From: Bdellovibrionota bacterium
GTDB taxonomy: Bacteria > Bdellovibrionota_C > UBA2361 > CAKMMH01
Direction of reading: 5' to 3'
Length of the DNA stretch: 64,000 nt
Assembly (NCBI GenBank): GCA_050952645.1
Contig: JBMNLI010000007.1
Coordinates: forward strand, 1 to 64,000
The notes under the pieces are model-generated. The model was not told the DNA's origin. It was given only the letters and a program-made list of their open reading frames with translations, and did no database searches. The translations under genes and the position numbers were made by a program. This document shows positions 11,537 through 22,146 of this stretch, piece by piece. The stretch's first letter is position 1, and every line of letters begins with the position of its first letter.

Positions 11537-13070
11537 ATGATTTCAAAAGTATATTCTAGTTCTATTTGTGGCGTTGATGCTAATAAGATTCAAGTTGAAG
11601 CCACTACGGAAAATCATGAAAAGGAAAGATTTATAATAATCGGTCTAGCCGATAATATCGTAAAAGAATCTAAAGAAAGAGTAACCTCTGCACTTAAAAG
11701 TTATGGGATAATACTTCCTAAAAAAATAATTATAAACTTAGCTCCTGCCGATATCCCCAAAGAGGGTTCCTGTCTAGATTTAGCCATAGCGATGTCTTTA
11801 ATAGCATCAAAAGGAATTATCCCTCAAGAAAAACTTTACGATATAAGTTTCCACGGGGAGCTTTCTTTAGATGGAGAGATAAATCCGATAAGAGGCACTG
11901 TCGCTCTTGTGATAGAAGCTAAAAAAACATAATATAAAAACTGTAATAGTTCCCGTTAAAAATTATAATGAAGCAAAACTTATAAAAAATATCAATATAG
12001 TTCCCGTTAGAAATTTAGAAGATGTCATAAAATATAATTCGTCAAGGCGAAGTTATAAATATAGATGATACGTTAAAAAATGAGGCTTTAAAGAGTGATT
12101 TTTTAAGTATAGATGATGTATGGGGGACAAGAACAAGCAAAAAAGGCTTTAATAATTTCCGCCGTCGGTGGACATAATCTTTTAATGATAGGTAGCCCTG
12201 GGTGTGGAAAAAGTATGCTTGCTAAAAGAATGCCCTCAATTTTGCCACGCTTAGTAGAGAAAGAAATTTTAGAAACCGTTAAAATTCATAGCATCGCAAA
12301 TCAAAGCATAAAAAACATTATTTTAGGCGAGCCTCCCTTTAGAAGTCCACACCATATAATATTAGCGAAGCTGGGCTTATAGGAGGTGGTTCTAATCCAA
12401 CCCCTGGGGAGATTAGTTTAGCACATAATGGAGTGCTATTTTTAGATGAGTTTCCCGAGTTTAGACGAGCCGCTCTAGAGGCTCTAAGAGCTCCGATGGA
12501 AAACCATTTTGTAAATATTTCTAGAAGTAAGGTTAAGGTGTGGATGCCCAGCAAAACTTTCAACTTTTAGCTGCGATGAACCCTTGTCCTTGTGGTTTTT
12601 TACTTTCTAAAATACAAAAATGTAATTGCACAAACTCTCAAATATTAAATTATTTAAATAAACTTTCTGGTCCTATTATAGATAGGATAGATTCTTCACG
12701 TCGAGATGCAAGAGGTAGAACTTTCAAATATTAAAAAATTTAAAAAATCAGAAAAAATCTTATGGAGATATTAAAAGCAAAATTACTGAAATTAAAAATC
12801 TTCAGCTTGAAAGACAGAAAAAACTTAACTCTTCACTTACAGGGAGAGGAGCTTTTATCTAGTAAGCATATCTCAGAAAAAACGGCTCATTTTTTAGAAG
12901 ATATTTCTCAAAAATTAAAAATTAGTGCTAGAAGCTACGTTAAAATATTAAAAGTAGCTAGAACTATTGCAGATTTAGAAAACGAGCCCTTAATATTAGA
13001 AAACGCATTTAGCAAGTGCCTTAGAGTTTAGGAAAGCTAGATAACTTAAGAAACCATGTAAATAAGTTAG
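11537..13070 (+). pseudogene. comM: ComM/YifB Mg-chelatase-like AAA+ ATPase, frameshifted
   Basis: [72 protein letters not shown] and KVARTIADL across frames. End coordinate is approximate. Confidence 0.85.
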
Positions 13071-13205
13071 TAGGGAATTTTTAAACTTAAGTTAAATCGT
13101 GGATATTTTTTTTTAAAAAAGGTTTTAAAGTGTAGTTTATTCTTGAGGGGTGTTGTTATGTGCTATATTGTAGCGTATATTATATTTGCTAAGGCTTGAT
13201 GCGAG

Positions 13206-13262
13206 AGATAGCTAAAAGATGGATAGCTAAAAGGATAGCTAAAAGGATAGCTAAAAGATAGA
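13206..13262 (+). repeat. Tandem 12-bp repeat (GGATAGCTAAAA x ~4) just upstream of the methyltransferase start
   Basis: Seen directly. Confidence 0.85.
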
Positions 13263-13269
13263 TTAAAAT

Positions 13270-14403
13270 ATGAAACAGAATGTATCGGAACATTTATTTT
13301 ATAAAAATAGAATTAATTTAGGTAGTTTTTTACACTCCATATAAATACGTAAAGTTTAGTTGAAGCTTGGTTAAAAAAAGAGCGGGTATCTAAAGATTAT
13401 ATTTTTGCAGATATTACTTGTGGTGGTGGAGCATTCTTTGAAATTTCAAAAGAGTTTAAAAATAATTCCTTTTACGGAAATGATATAGATAAACAAGCGT
13501 TTAAGTTTCGTTTCACAAAACTTTCCTAATGTCCATTTAACAAACAGAAACGCTTTTGAAAATGTTTCTCGTGAGACGTTTAATTTACCTAGTGATAAAA
13601 AGTTGATAATAATTGGGAATCCTCCATGGAATGATACTACGTCCTCAAGTAAATCGTGCTATAAAAAAAGATATTTTTAATATAGATTGCAGATATAAAA
13701 ACTAGAGATTTAGGTTTAACATCTATTTTATCTTATACAAAATTAAAATGCCGATTATGTTGCGATACTCCATCCTCTATCTTATTTAATAAAATATGCA
13801 AACTATAAAACCATCTCAAAATTTTTAAAAAAATATGAGATTAAAAAACATATCGTTTTTAACAGCCAAGAGTTTGCTAACACTTCTAAAACGACTAGTT
13901 TTCCAGTTATCGTAGTCTTGTATAAAAAGTCTAGCAAAGGGACTTCTTATTTAGATATAAAAAATATGACCTTTGAAACTACTTTAGGAGATAAATTTTC
14001 ATTAAACGATAGAGATTACATAGCTGACTATATCGATAAATACCCTCACAATAATAGATATGAACCAGAAATACTTTTTTACACACAAAGAGATATAAAT
14101 GCTTTAAAAAGATGTAGAACTTTTATGAAAGAAAGAACGGCTGCCACTGTCGATATAAACCCCGATAAACTTTCTTATTATTGCTATTTAGATTGCTTTA
14201 AAAGGTTTGCAAATGTTCCTTACTATTTAGGAAATATGAATGTTCCTTTTATTAAGGATACTTTTTCAAATATAGAAAACGATATTTTGACGATTTCAAA
14301 ATATAATAATCCTTTAGTGTTTGGCGTTTCTAAAAAACCGACGCAGAAGCAAATAGAAAACGTTGAAAAATATATTGAGGATGTTTTAAATTATACAAAC
14401 TAA
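13270..14403 (+). pseudogene. Amino (N6-adenine-type) DNA methyltransferase, frameshifted
   Basis: ATG at 13270, RINLGSF, motif I-like DITCGGGAF (~13410) and motif IV IGNPPW (13612-13629); ORF 13918..14403 is the C-terminal part. Confidence 0.75.
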
Positions 14404-14499
14404 AGCATTTTTTACAAAAAACTCTCTTTTACTTATTTATAAACTAGATTATCATAATAGAATACCTATGTTTTAATTAGATATTTTTATAAATATTCT

Positions 14500-17290
14500 A
14501 TGCGTAAATTAAAATTTTTAAGCCACATATATTCTATATATATCACGATAATTCAATTTATCTTTTTTGCTTTTCTTATTTTAGGAAGCGTCTTTGCAAA
14601 GGCTCTATATGCAGAAGATGCCATTGAGAATAGTTCTAAAAATACTACCGAAAATACTACCGAAAATATTTTAAGTGTACCTAGCAAAGATGCGGATAGT
14701 AGCATAGAAGCTAATACAGTAGAAGCTAATATGGTAGAAGCTAACAGTCAAGAATTAGTTAGCAATGAAGCCATCGAAAGTTCTCAAAACTCTAAAATTA
14801 ACGAGGTAAAAAAACATGATAAAGAGTTAGAAGATATAGTAGATAAAAATTTTTTTAATGTAGAGGGTATAAATAAAGAAGAACCGAAAGAAGAACCGAA
14901 AGAAGAAAAGACAGAAGAGCAGAAAGAAGAAGTAGGCAAGGAAGAGGAAAATAAAGAAGAAAATAAAGAAGAAAGCAAAGAAGAAAACAAAGTAGGAAAA
15001 AATAAAGAAAAAGATGCGCTCCCTTTAGAAAATAGCAATTTAAATGTCGTGCTCCTTTTAGATACTTCAGGAAGTATGAACGTTACAGACCCTAAAAGAC
15101 TTAGAGATGAGGGAGTAAGATTGTTTTTGCAGTTTCTAAAAGAGGGTGATAAAGTTTCGATAGTCGAATTTTCAGAAAAAACAAAAGTATTGCTAGAGCC
15201 AACATTTTTTAATAAAGAGGGGCTAGATGCACTATCTTTAGGGCTTTCAAAGGTAGAAAACTTAGGGCTTTACACAGACTTGTATAATGCTATAAAACAA
15301 GCTAAAAAAGTGTTAAACGATGAAAGTAAAAATTTAGAAAATAAAGAAGAATATCAAAATGTAATAGTTCTATTTTCAGATGGCAAAATGGAACCTAATG
15401 AGAAAGTTATTAGTAAAGAAGAAGCTTTAGAAAAGTTAGAAAACGAGGTTATTCTAGAGCTAGAAAAAAATAATATAAAACTTTATACTTTATCTTTTAG
15501 CGATAAATCAGATAGAGAGTTGTTAAAATCGCTAGCTGAAAAAACTGGTGCTCTATCTTGGTATACACCGAGTGCGGAAAAAATCCATGAATCGTTTTCA
15601 AAAATATTTTTAGCAGTTCAAAAACCTCAAATTTTACCTATTAGCGATAAAGGTTTAAGGATAGACGGGCAGATAGATGAGGCTACATTTTATCTAAATG
15701 TTAGAGAAAATAAAAATATAGTTATAATTTCTCCATCTGGAAGAAAGATCGTAAAAGGTAGGAGCGAAGAGGGGGTAAGATGGTTTTCGGGCAATAAGTT
15801 TGAAATGATAACAGTAGAAAAGCCTGAGGCTGGTTTGTGGAATTTCTTAGGGTCTATCTCGAAAGATGATTTTGCAACGGTCGGTGCTAACTAAATTAAA
15901 GCTAGTAACTTACTGGCCTTATAGCGTCAACTCTAACGAGAATAGAGTTTTAAGGGCTAGAGTTTACGACGGTAAGAAGCCGATAGTATTGCCAGAAGTT
16001 AGCAAACTTGCGAAAGTCGCTTTTAGAGTGACGCCTACGGATAGGGTGGCAGCCCCAGTAGCGCAAGGTTTTTTAAATGACGATGGAGCTAATGCCGACG
16101 AGAAAGCTTTAGATGGAATTTTTTCGACAAATTTAAAGCTAGAAACGCCAGGGGAATATGAGCTTTGGCTTCTTATAAAAACTCCAACATTTGAAAGACA
16201 CCAAAAGATACCATTTATAGTAAAACCTAAAATGCTAACCTTGCTAAAACCTACTATGCAAGAAAATAATAATGCTTTATTTAAAGTTCAATTAAGCGAA
16301 GAGGCACTTTCACTTAAAAAGTTAAACGTCAGCTTAGTAGCTAAAAGTTTTAATAAGACTGTTCATATCCCATTAAAAAGAGATATTAACGATAGACATT
16401 TATTACTAGGCTCATCAGAGTATTTAACGGAAGATGGAAGTTATACGATCTATGCTACTCTTTCAGGAACAAATAGAGGAAAGGCAGTTGAAGCAACGAC
16501 GCAAACTATAGATTATACAAAGGGGGAAGTTAAAGAGGAAGTAAGAGAAGATAAGGATTCTTTAGAAGATGCCCGAGCAAAAGAAAATAAAGATAAAAAT
16601 AAAGATAAAAGTGAAAATAAAGAAGAAAGCTTTTTAACTGAGCATATAGTTATGCTAGTAGCTAATTTTATATTACTAATTATCATTTTAATATATTTTA
16701 AGAAAAAGTTTGGTGGGAAAAAAGATTTCGATATGTCCTCGATAAGCGTTTCAGGCGATATTTTAAAACGAATAAAAGATTTAGAAAAGAAATCAAAAAT
16801 CCAAGAGGTGGATACTTCAAGTTTTCTTTTTGTAGACGATGATGATGCGGAGCGGAAACCAAAAGAAGACAAAGAAGATGATAAGGATGATAAAGAAGTT
16901 AAGGATATAAATTTTTCAAAAGTAGCCTCGGTAAGTGATGCAGGTAGTGAGAATAATGAAAATGATAAATCCGCTAAAAACACTGAAAATATAACTGAAA
17001 ATATAACTGAAAATATAGATGATAAAGATGGAGCTACTGAAGATAAAAAAGATGAAGATAAAGATGCGGATAAAGATAATGCTTCGGATAATAAAGAGAG
17101 CAATAAAGAGAGCGATAAAGAAATAAATAAAAAAACGGAAGAAAAACTTAAAGAAAAACTTAAAGAAGAAATAAAAGAGAAAATAAAAGAAGAGAGGCAA
17201 GGAGAAGAGCAAAAAGAAGAAAAAGATAATAAGGAAGAAGAAAACAAAGAAGATAATAAGAAAGAAAATATAGAAGAAAATAAAAAATAA
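14500..17290 (+). CDS. vWA-domain membrane-anchored protein with acidic low-complexity tail; split into two ORFs (14500..15894, 15866..17290) by a 4-bp duplication
   Basis: MIDAS motif LLLDTSGSM, TDL and VLFSDG, N-terminal hydrophobic signal and a TM helix near 16650. Removing one CGGT at 15878-15885 fuses the frames (DFATVLTKLKL). Confidence 0.75.
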
Positions 17291-17314
17291 TTTAGTTTTT
17301 ATAGCGAGAAAATT

Positions 17315-17968
17315 ATGACGTTAATTATAGTTTTAGGAATAGTTGAATCTTTTATAGTTGCACTAATAGTTTTTGCTGTTCTTTTAAAAAAGAGATTGGC
17401 AGTTCAGAGCTTAAATAATAGTCTTAAAGACAATTTATCACACGTCGATTTAACTAAACAAAAGGTTAGCTCAATATTAGAGCAATTAGTGCCATTTGAA
17501 GAATTAAAGTTAAAAGTAAAAGAGCTTACACAAAAAAGAGAAACGTTAAAGCTCGAAAAAGGAAGACTATCCGTAGCAACGGTAGAAAGAGAAACTATAG
17601 ATAGACGTTTAAGAGAGTTAGAAGAGATAGAAAGAGAGTTAGAAGCTAGCAATATAGAGGTAAAAAAAGAACTCGATTTGCTCGAAGGAAGACAAAAGGA
17701 ATTGCAAAGTAGAAACGCATCGCTAAATTTAAAGATTCAAGAAAACACTCAAGAAATAGAAAAGATGACTAGCGAAGCACTACTAGAAGAGAATATTAAA
17801 AAAGAGATGCAATCGGTTCAAGAAAAATTGCTAGCAGTCCAAGCGGAAACTGAGAAATTAACTGAAGCTCACAATGTCGGCAAAAATCAATATTCAGTTT
17901 TAAAAAGAAGATTCGATGCACTCGATATAGAGTATGCGCAGCTTTATGAAAAGTTTGTAACTAAATAA
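17315..17968 (+). CDS. Membrane-anchored coiled-coil protein
   Basis: N-terminal TM segment followed by an E/K/L-rich heptad pattern. Confidence 0.7.
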   Translation: MTLIIVLGIVESFIVALIVFAVLLKKRLAVQSLNNSLKDNLSHVDLTKQKVSSILEQLVPFEELKLKVKELTQKRETLKLEKGRLSVATVERETIDRRLRELEEIERELEASNIEVKKELDLLEGRQKELQSRNASLNLKIQENTQEIEKMTSEALLEENIKKEMQSVQEKLLAVQAETEKLTEAHNVGKNQYSVLKRRFDALDIEYAQLYEKFVTK

Positions 17969-17998
17969 AATTAAATAAGATTAAAAGGATGTTTTTAT

Positions 17999-18898
17999 AT
18001 GAAAGAATATTTATTGTGGTTGTTAAAATTTTTTACAGTATTATTTTTTATTTTTATTTTAATTCCTTTTATGATGATGTTTCTAGCATTAGCGACTTCT
18101 AAAAGTTTAAATAAAGAAAACATAATACCGATGGATAAAAATATGGTAGCCGTAGTTAATGTAAACGGCATGATAATGGACTCTAAGGAGGTGGTTGAAA
18201 AATTACATAAGTTTTCTTCAGATAATAAGTTTAAAGGGATAGTGCTAAAGGTAAATTCCCCAGGAGGCGCAGTAGCACCGTCGCAAGATATTTACAATAC
18301 TATTTTAGAACTAAAGAAAAAGAAGCCTATTTATGCCGTGATGGACTCTATGGCAACGTCGGGTGGATATTACGTTGCAGCGCCTTGCACGAAAATTTAT
18401 GCACAAAAAGGCACTTTAACTGGCTCTATCGGTGTTATATCGCAATTTGTTAATGTAAAAAGTTTAGCAGAGTGGTTCGGATTAAAAGTAGAGGTTATAA
18501 AGTCTGGAAATTTAAAAGATATGGGGTCTAGTTTTAGAGATATGACGGATGAAGAAAGAGAATATTTTCAAAACGTATCTAACATTATCCATGAAGATTT
18601 TATAAGTGATATTGCTAAGGCAAGGAATATAGATATAAATAATTTAAGACAAATCGCAGATGGGCGAGTACTAACGGGGACTCAAGCAAAGAAAGTTAAG
18701 CTTATAGATGAGATAGGTGGAATAAACGATGCTTCAAGAAAAATGTTTGAGGAGTTAAATATAAAACTTAACGAAGGAGAACTTCCAAAGTTATATAATC
18801 CTAGTGATAAACTAAACGAGTTTAAGAAACTTTTAAATTCTAGCGTTAGTTTTTTATCGAGAGCTCATCAAGGTGTTCAAGTGATGTATCTTTATTAA
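17999..18898 (+). CDS. sppA: Signal peptide peptidase SppA (S49, short form)
   Basis: VNSPGG, ATSGGYYVA, TGSIGV, KSGNLKD and ADGRV motifs. Confidence 0.92.
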   Translation: MKEYLLWLLKFFTVLFFIFILIPFMMMFLALATSKSLNKENIIPMDKNMVAVVNVNGMIMDSKEVVEKLHKFSSDNKFKGIVLKVNSPGGAVAPSQDIYNTILELKKKKPIYAVMDSMATSGGYYVAAPCTKIYAQKGTLTGSIGVISQFVNVKSLAEWFGLKVEVIKSGNLKDMGSSFRDMTDEEREYFQNVSNIIHEDFISDIAKARNIDINNLRQIADGRVLTGTQAKKVKLIDEIGGINDASRKMFEELNIKLNEGELPKLYNPSDKLNEFKKLLNSSVSFLSRAHQGVQVMYLY

Positions 18899-18911
18899 AA
18901 GTTCTTAGTTC

Positions 18912-18950
18912 TTCTTTCACGTTTAAAGGAGGTTTTAAAACGTGAAAGAA
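18912..18950. repeat. REP-like perfect 13-bp inverted repeat (family A), may also terminate sppA
   Basis: TTCTTTCACGTTT-N13-AAACGTGAAAGAA. Confidence 0.8.
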
Positions 18951-19115
18951 CCTTAAATTTTAAATTAAAAATTAATGGCGTCGCTAGAAAACTAGCAATT
19001 TTTTATAACTTTATTTATAATAGTTTTGTTTATAGTAATTCTATTTATAATAAGTTTATTTGTAAAAAGTTTGTTTTATAAGTAATTATTTTTTAAAAAA
19101 AAGGATGGGTAGTAT

Positions 19116-20336
19116 ATGAATAAATTATCGATAAAAGATTTAGACTTAAATGGTAAGAAAGTTTTAATGAGAGTAGATTTTAATGTTCCTCTTAAAGATG
19201 GAAAAGTTTCAGATGATACTAGGATAACGGCTGCAATGCCAACGATAAAATATGCCTTAGAAAATGGTGCAAAACTTATCTTATTAAGCCATTTAGGACG
19301 CCCTAAAGGAGAGGTAAACAATGAGTTTAGTTTAGCCCCAGTGGCAAAACATTTAGAAGAGCTTCTAGGAAAAAAAGTAAACTTTGTTAGCGATTGTGTT
19401 GGTGAAAAAGCTCGTGAGGCTGTAAATAAATTATCTAATGACGAGGTGGCTTTATTAGAAAACACCCGCTTTCATAAGGAAGAGGAGCTATTAGATAAGT
19501 ACGATAAGCAAGACGACGAGACTAAAGCTAAGATAGATGCATTCGTAAAGGATATGGCTTCTCTAGGAGAAGTTTTTGTAAACGATGCTTTTGGAACTGC
19601 TCACAGAGCACACGCTTCGACTGCTGGTATAAACAAGTATGTGTCTAAGAGTGCATCAGGTTTTTTAATGGAGAAAGAGATTAACTATTTTACTAAGGCT
19701 TTAGAAAATCCTGAAAGACCGTTCGTTGCTATTTTAGGCGGTTCAAAAGTATCTGATAAGATTCAAGTAATTTTAAATTTACTTGAAAAAGTAGACACTT
19801 TAATAATCGGTGGTGCGATGACTTATACTTTTTTAAAATCTAAAGGGCAAAACGTAGGTAAAAGTTTAGTAGAAGATGATAAACTAGACCTTGCAAAAGA
19901 GATTCTAGAAAAAGCGAAAGCTAAAGGAGTTAATTTTCTTTTACCTATCGACCATAGTGTAGCAGATAATTTTGAGGCAGAGAGCGTAAGGGCGCACGTT
20001 GAAGAATTGTCTGATGGCGACATGGGTTTAGATATTGGACCTAAGACCATAGCATTATTTAGCGATGCGATTAAGAGTGCAAAAACGGTAGTATGGAACG
20101 GGCCTTTAGGCGTATTTGAAAAGGAAGCGTTTGCAGTGGGGACTTTTGCTATCGCTAAAGCTATTTCAGAGACCGATTGCACGAGCATTATAGGTGGTGG
20201 AGACTCAGTTTCGGCAGTTAATAAGTCGGGACTCGCAGATAAGATGACTCATATTTCAACTGGCGGTGGAGCTAGTCTCGAGTTTCTAGAAGGAAAGAAG
20301 CTCCCAGGGGTTTATGCTCTAAGTGATAAATCTTAA
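19116..20336 (+). CDS. pgk: Phosphoglycerate kinase
   Basis: [34 protein letters not shown] and [15 protein letters not shown]. Confidence 0.98.
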   Translation: MNKLSIKDLDLNGKKVLMRVDFNVPLKDGKVSDDTRITAAMPTIKYALENGAKLILLSHLGRPKGEVNNEFSLAPVAKHLEELLGKKVNFVSDCVGEKAREAVNKLSNDEVALLENTRFHKEEELLDKYDKQDDETKAKIDAFVKDMASLGEVFVNDAFGTAHRAHASTAGINKYVSKSASGFLMEKEINYFTKALENPERPFVAILGGSKVSDKIQVILNLLEKVDTLIIGGAMTYTFLKSKGQNVGKSLVEDDKLDLAKEILEKAKAKGVNFLLPIDHSVADNFEAESVRAHVEELSDGDMGLDIGPKTIALFSDAIKSAKTVVWNGPLGVFEKEAFAVGTFAIAKAISETDCTSIIGGGDSVSAVNKSGLADKMTHISTGGGASLEFLEGKKLPGVYALSDKS

Positions 20337-20407
20337 AGTTAATAAATCTTAAAATTGATAAATAATCAGTAAGAGATTTTAAAAAGAGGGAAGAGAAAGT
20401 TTTTTTC

Positions 20408-21493
20408 TTAAACTTTTTCTTCCTTAAAAGATTTTTTCTTTACATACGCGGTGTTTTTACCAGAACCTAAGCGAGATATCAATTTATTTTCAACTAATTT
20501 TTTTAACGCTGCTTCAACGGATGAACTTCCTATCGTTGGGCAGGAGAGTAAAACGTCTCGTTTTGAAAATTTTCCAATAGTATTTGAAACGTAATTTTTT
20601 ACGATATCGTAAGAGTTTAATTTTTTTCCAAGTTTATTAGTAGTCGTTATTCTTTCTTCTAAATCTTTATAGCATTTGTAAGTAATGCTTAAAAAATATT
20701 TTATAAACGGTTTGTAATCGTTTTTTCCACTATGCCAATTTTTATTAGATAGCCTAATGGCGTTATAGTAATCGTCTAAAGTATCGAGAATTTCTTTTTC
20801 TAAGCTTATGTAGCGTCCTACTAAAAAATTATTTTGGTAAAGTAAAAGGAGAGTTAAAAGTCTACTCATTCTCCCATTTCCGTCTAAAAATGGGTGAATG
20901 CAAAGAAAATCTAAAATAAAGATTGGAATAAGAATTAGTGGTGTAATAGTATTTAATGCTAAGGCATTTTTATAATTTTCACATATACTTTTTACTGCAT
21001 TTGGCGTTTCAAATGGGTCTAGTGGTGTAAATATAACTTTTGTTTCTCCATCTTTCGATGTTTCAGTTAAAAAATTATTAGTCGATTTAAATTTTCCTGC
21101 AAATTCTAAACTACTATATTTGTATAAATTTTTGTGAAGTTGCAATATGTAGTTGCTATTAAGTTGGATATGTTGGTAATTTTGATGTATTAAATCTAGT
21201 AAGTTTTTATATCCTAAGATTTCATATTCTTCTTTATTTTGAGGTTTTATTTTATCATCTACTATCTTTTGTAATCTTGATTCAGTAGTCATAATTCCCT
21301 CTATGCTATTTGAAGCCTTAGTGCTTTGTGTTTTAGAAATATTTATTAATCTATTTAATGTTAATGTAGGGATTTTTTGCGTCTCGTATAGTTTTTGACA
21401 TGTCTTATATTCATGAATTTTAATAACGTTTGATATTATTTCATTATCTATTATTTTTTTATCTTGTAGCTTTGAATAATCAAATTTTCTCAT
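20408..21493 (-). CDS. Fic-domain protein with C-terminal winged-HTH-like region
   Basis: Canonical HPFLDGNGRMSR motif and SNSIEG inhibitory-helix-like motif. ATG at 21493 (MRKFDYSKL) is preferred over the start at 21526. Confidence 0.9.
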   Translation of the reverse strand: MRKFDYSKLQDKKIIDNEIISNVIKIHEYKTCQKLYETQKIPTLTLNRLINISKTQSTKASNSIEGIMTTESRLQKIVDDKIKPQNKEEYEILGYKNLLDLIHQNYQHIQLNSNYILQLHKNLYKYSSLEFAGKFKSTNNFLTETSKDGETKVIFTPLDPFETPNAVKSICENYKNALALNTITPLILIPIFILDFLCIHPFLDGNGRMSRLLTLLLLYQNNFLVGRYISLEKEILDTLDDYYNAIRLSNKNWHSGKNDYKPFIKYFLSITYKCYKDLEERITTTNKLGKKLNSYDIVKNYVSNTIGKFSKRDVLLSCPTIGSSSVEAALKKLVENKLISRLGSGKNTAYVKKKSFKEEKV

Positions 21494-21519
21494 ATATAAC
21501 CTTTTTACTTTAAGTTTTA

Positions 21520-21571
21520 TTCTCACAATTATAGCTATATTTTGGGAGAACGCAAGTATTGTTTGGGAGAA
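21520..21571 (-). promoter_or_regulatory. Putative sigma70 promoter of fic overlapped by three TTCTCCCAA-like boxes
   Basis: Minus strand TTGCGT-N16-TATAAT (21555..21528); boxes at 21520-21528 (inverted), 21542-21550 and 21563-21571. Confidence 0.55.
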
Positions 21572-22146
21572 TGTTTTTTTATGCCTTACCCTAGCTTTTT
21601 ATTTGACTTAAAGATATTTTAATATCTTCAATCAACTATTTTTTAATTTGTCAACGTTTTTATTTAAAAAATGTATTGACGTTTTATTTTTTATAATGTA
21701 TCTATTTTACCAAATAAAGAAATCAATTTACTAAAAATAATCAAAATCGTGAATATGTGAAGTTTTTTTTGTTAGCTTAATGCCTATTTTCTAGTGTATT
21801 TTAGCCTTTTTCAAGCTTTTTTAGAAAATAGCGTTTGACTTTTTTTAGTTTTAAAAACTTTAGGTTTTTTTAAAAAGTTTTAGGTTAATTTAAAAATGCT
21901 TTCAGAAAAATTTCAAAAAGATTTTTACTAGTGGGAAAATAAAATTTTTTTAAATTTGTTTTTAATTTTTAAAAATTTTGTAGGGACACTTGGCTAGGAG
22001 AGATCTATCTAAAATTTAAGATAAAATTTAAGATGTTGGTTTTAATTATTTTAGTTTGTAAGCAATTTTATTTTCTTACTTAATCTTAAAATTTTCATAT
22101 TTTTTATTTTACAATTTTTATAACTTTTTTTAAAAGGCTGTGCGCT

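Noticed and set aside
16513..17247. Ser/Leu/Phe-rich minus-strand ORFs (also 14784-15038 and 22104-22514)
   Set aside because: Antisense shadows of K/E/D/N-rich low-complexity coding regions.
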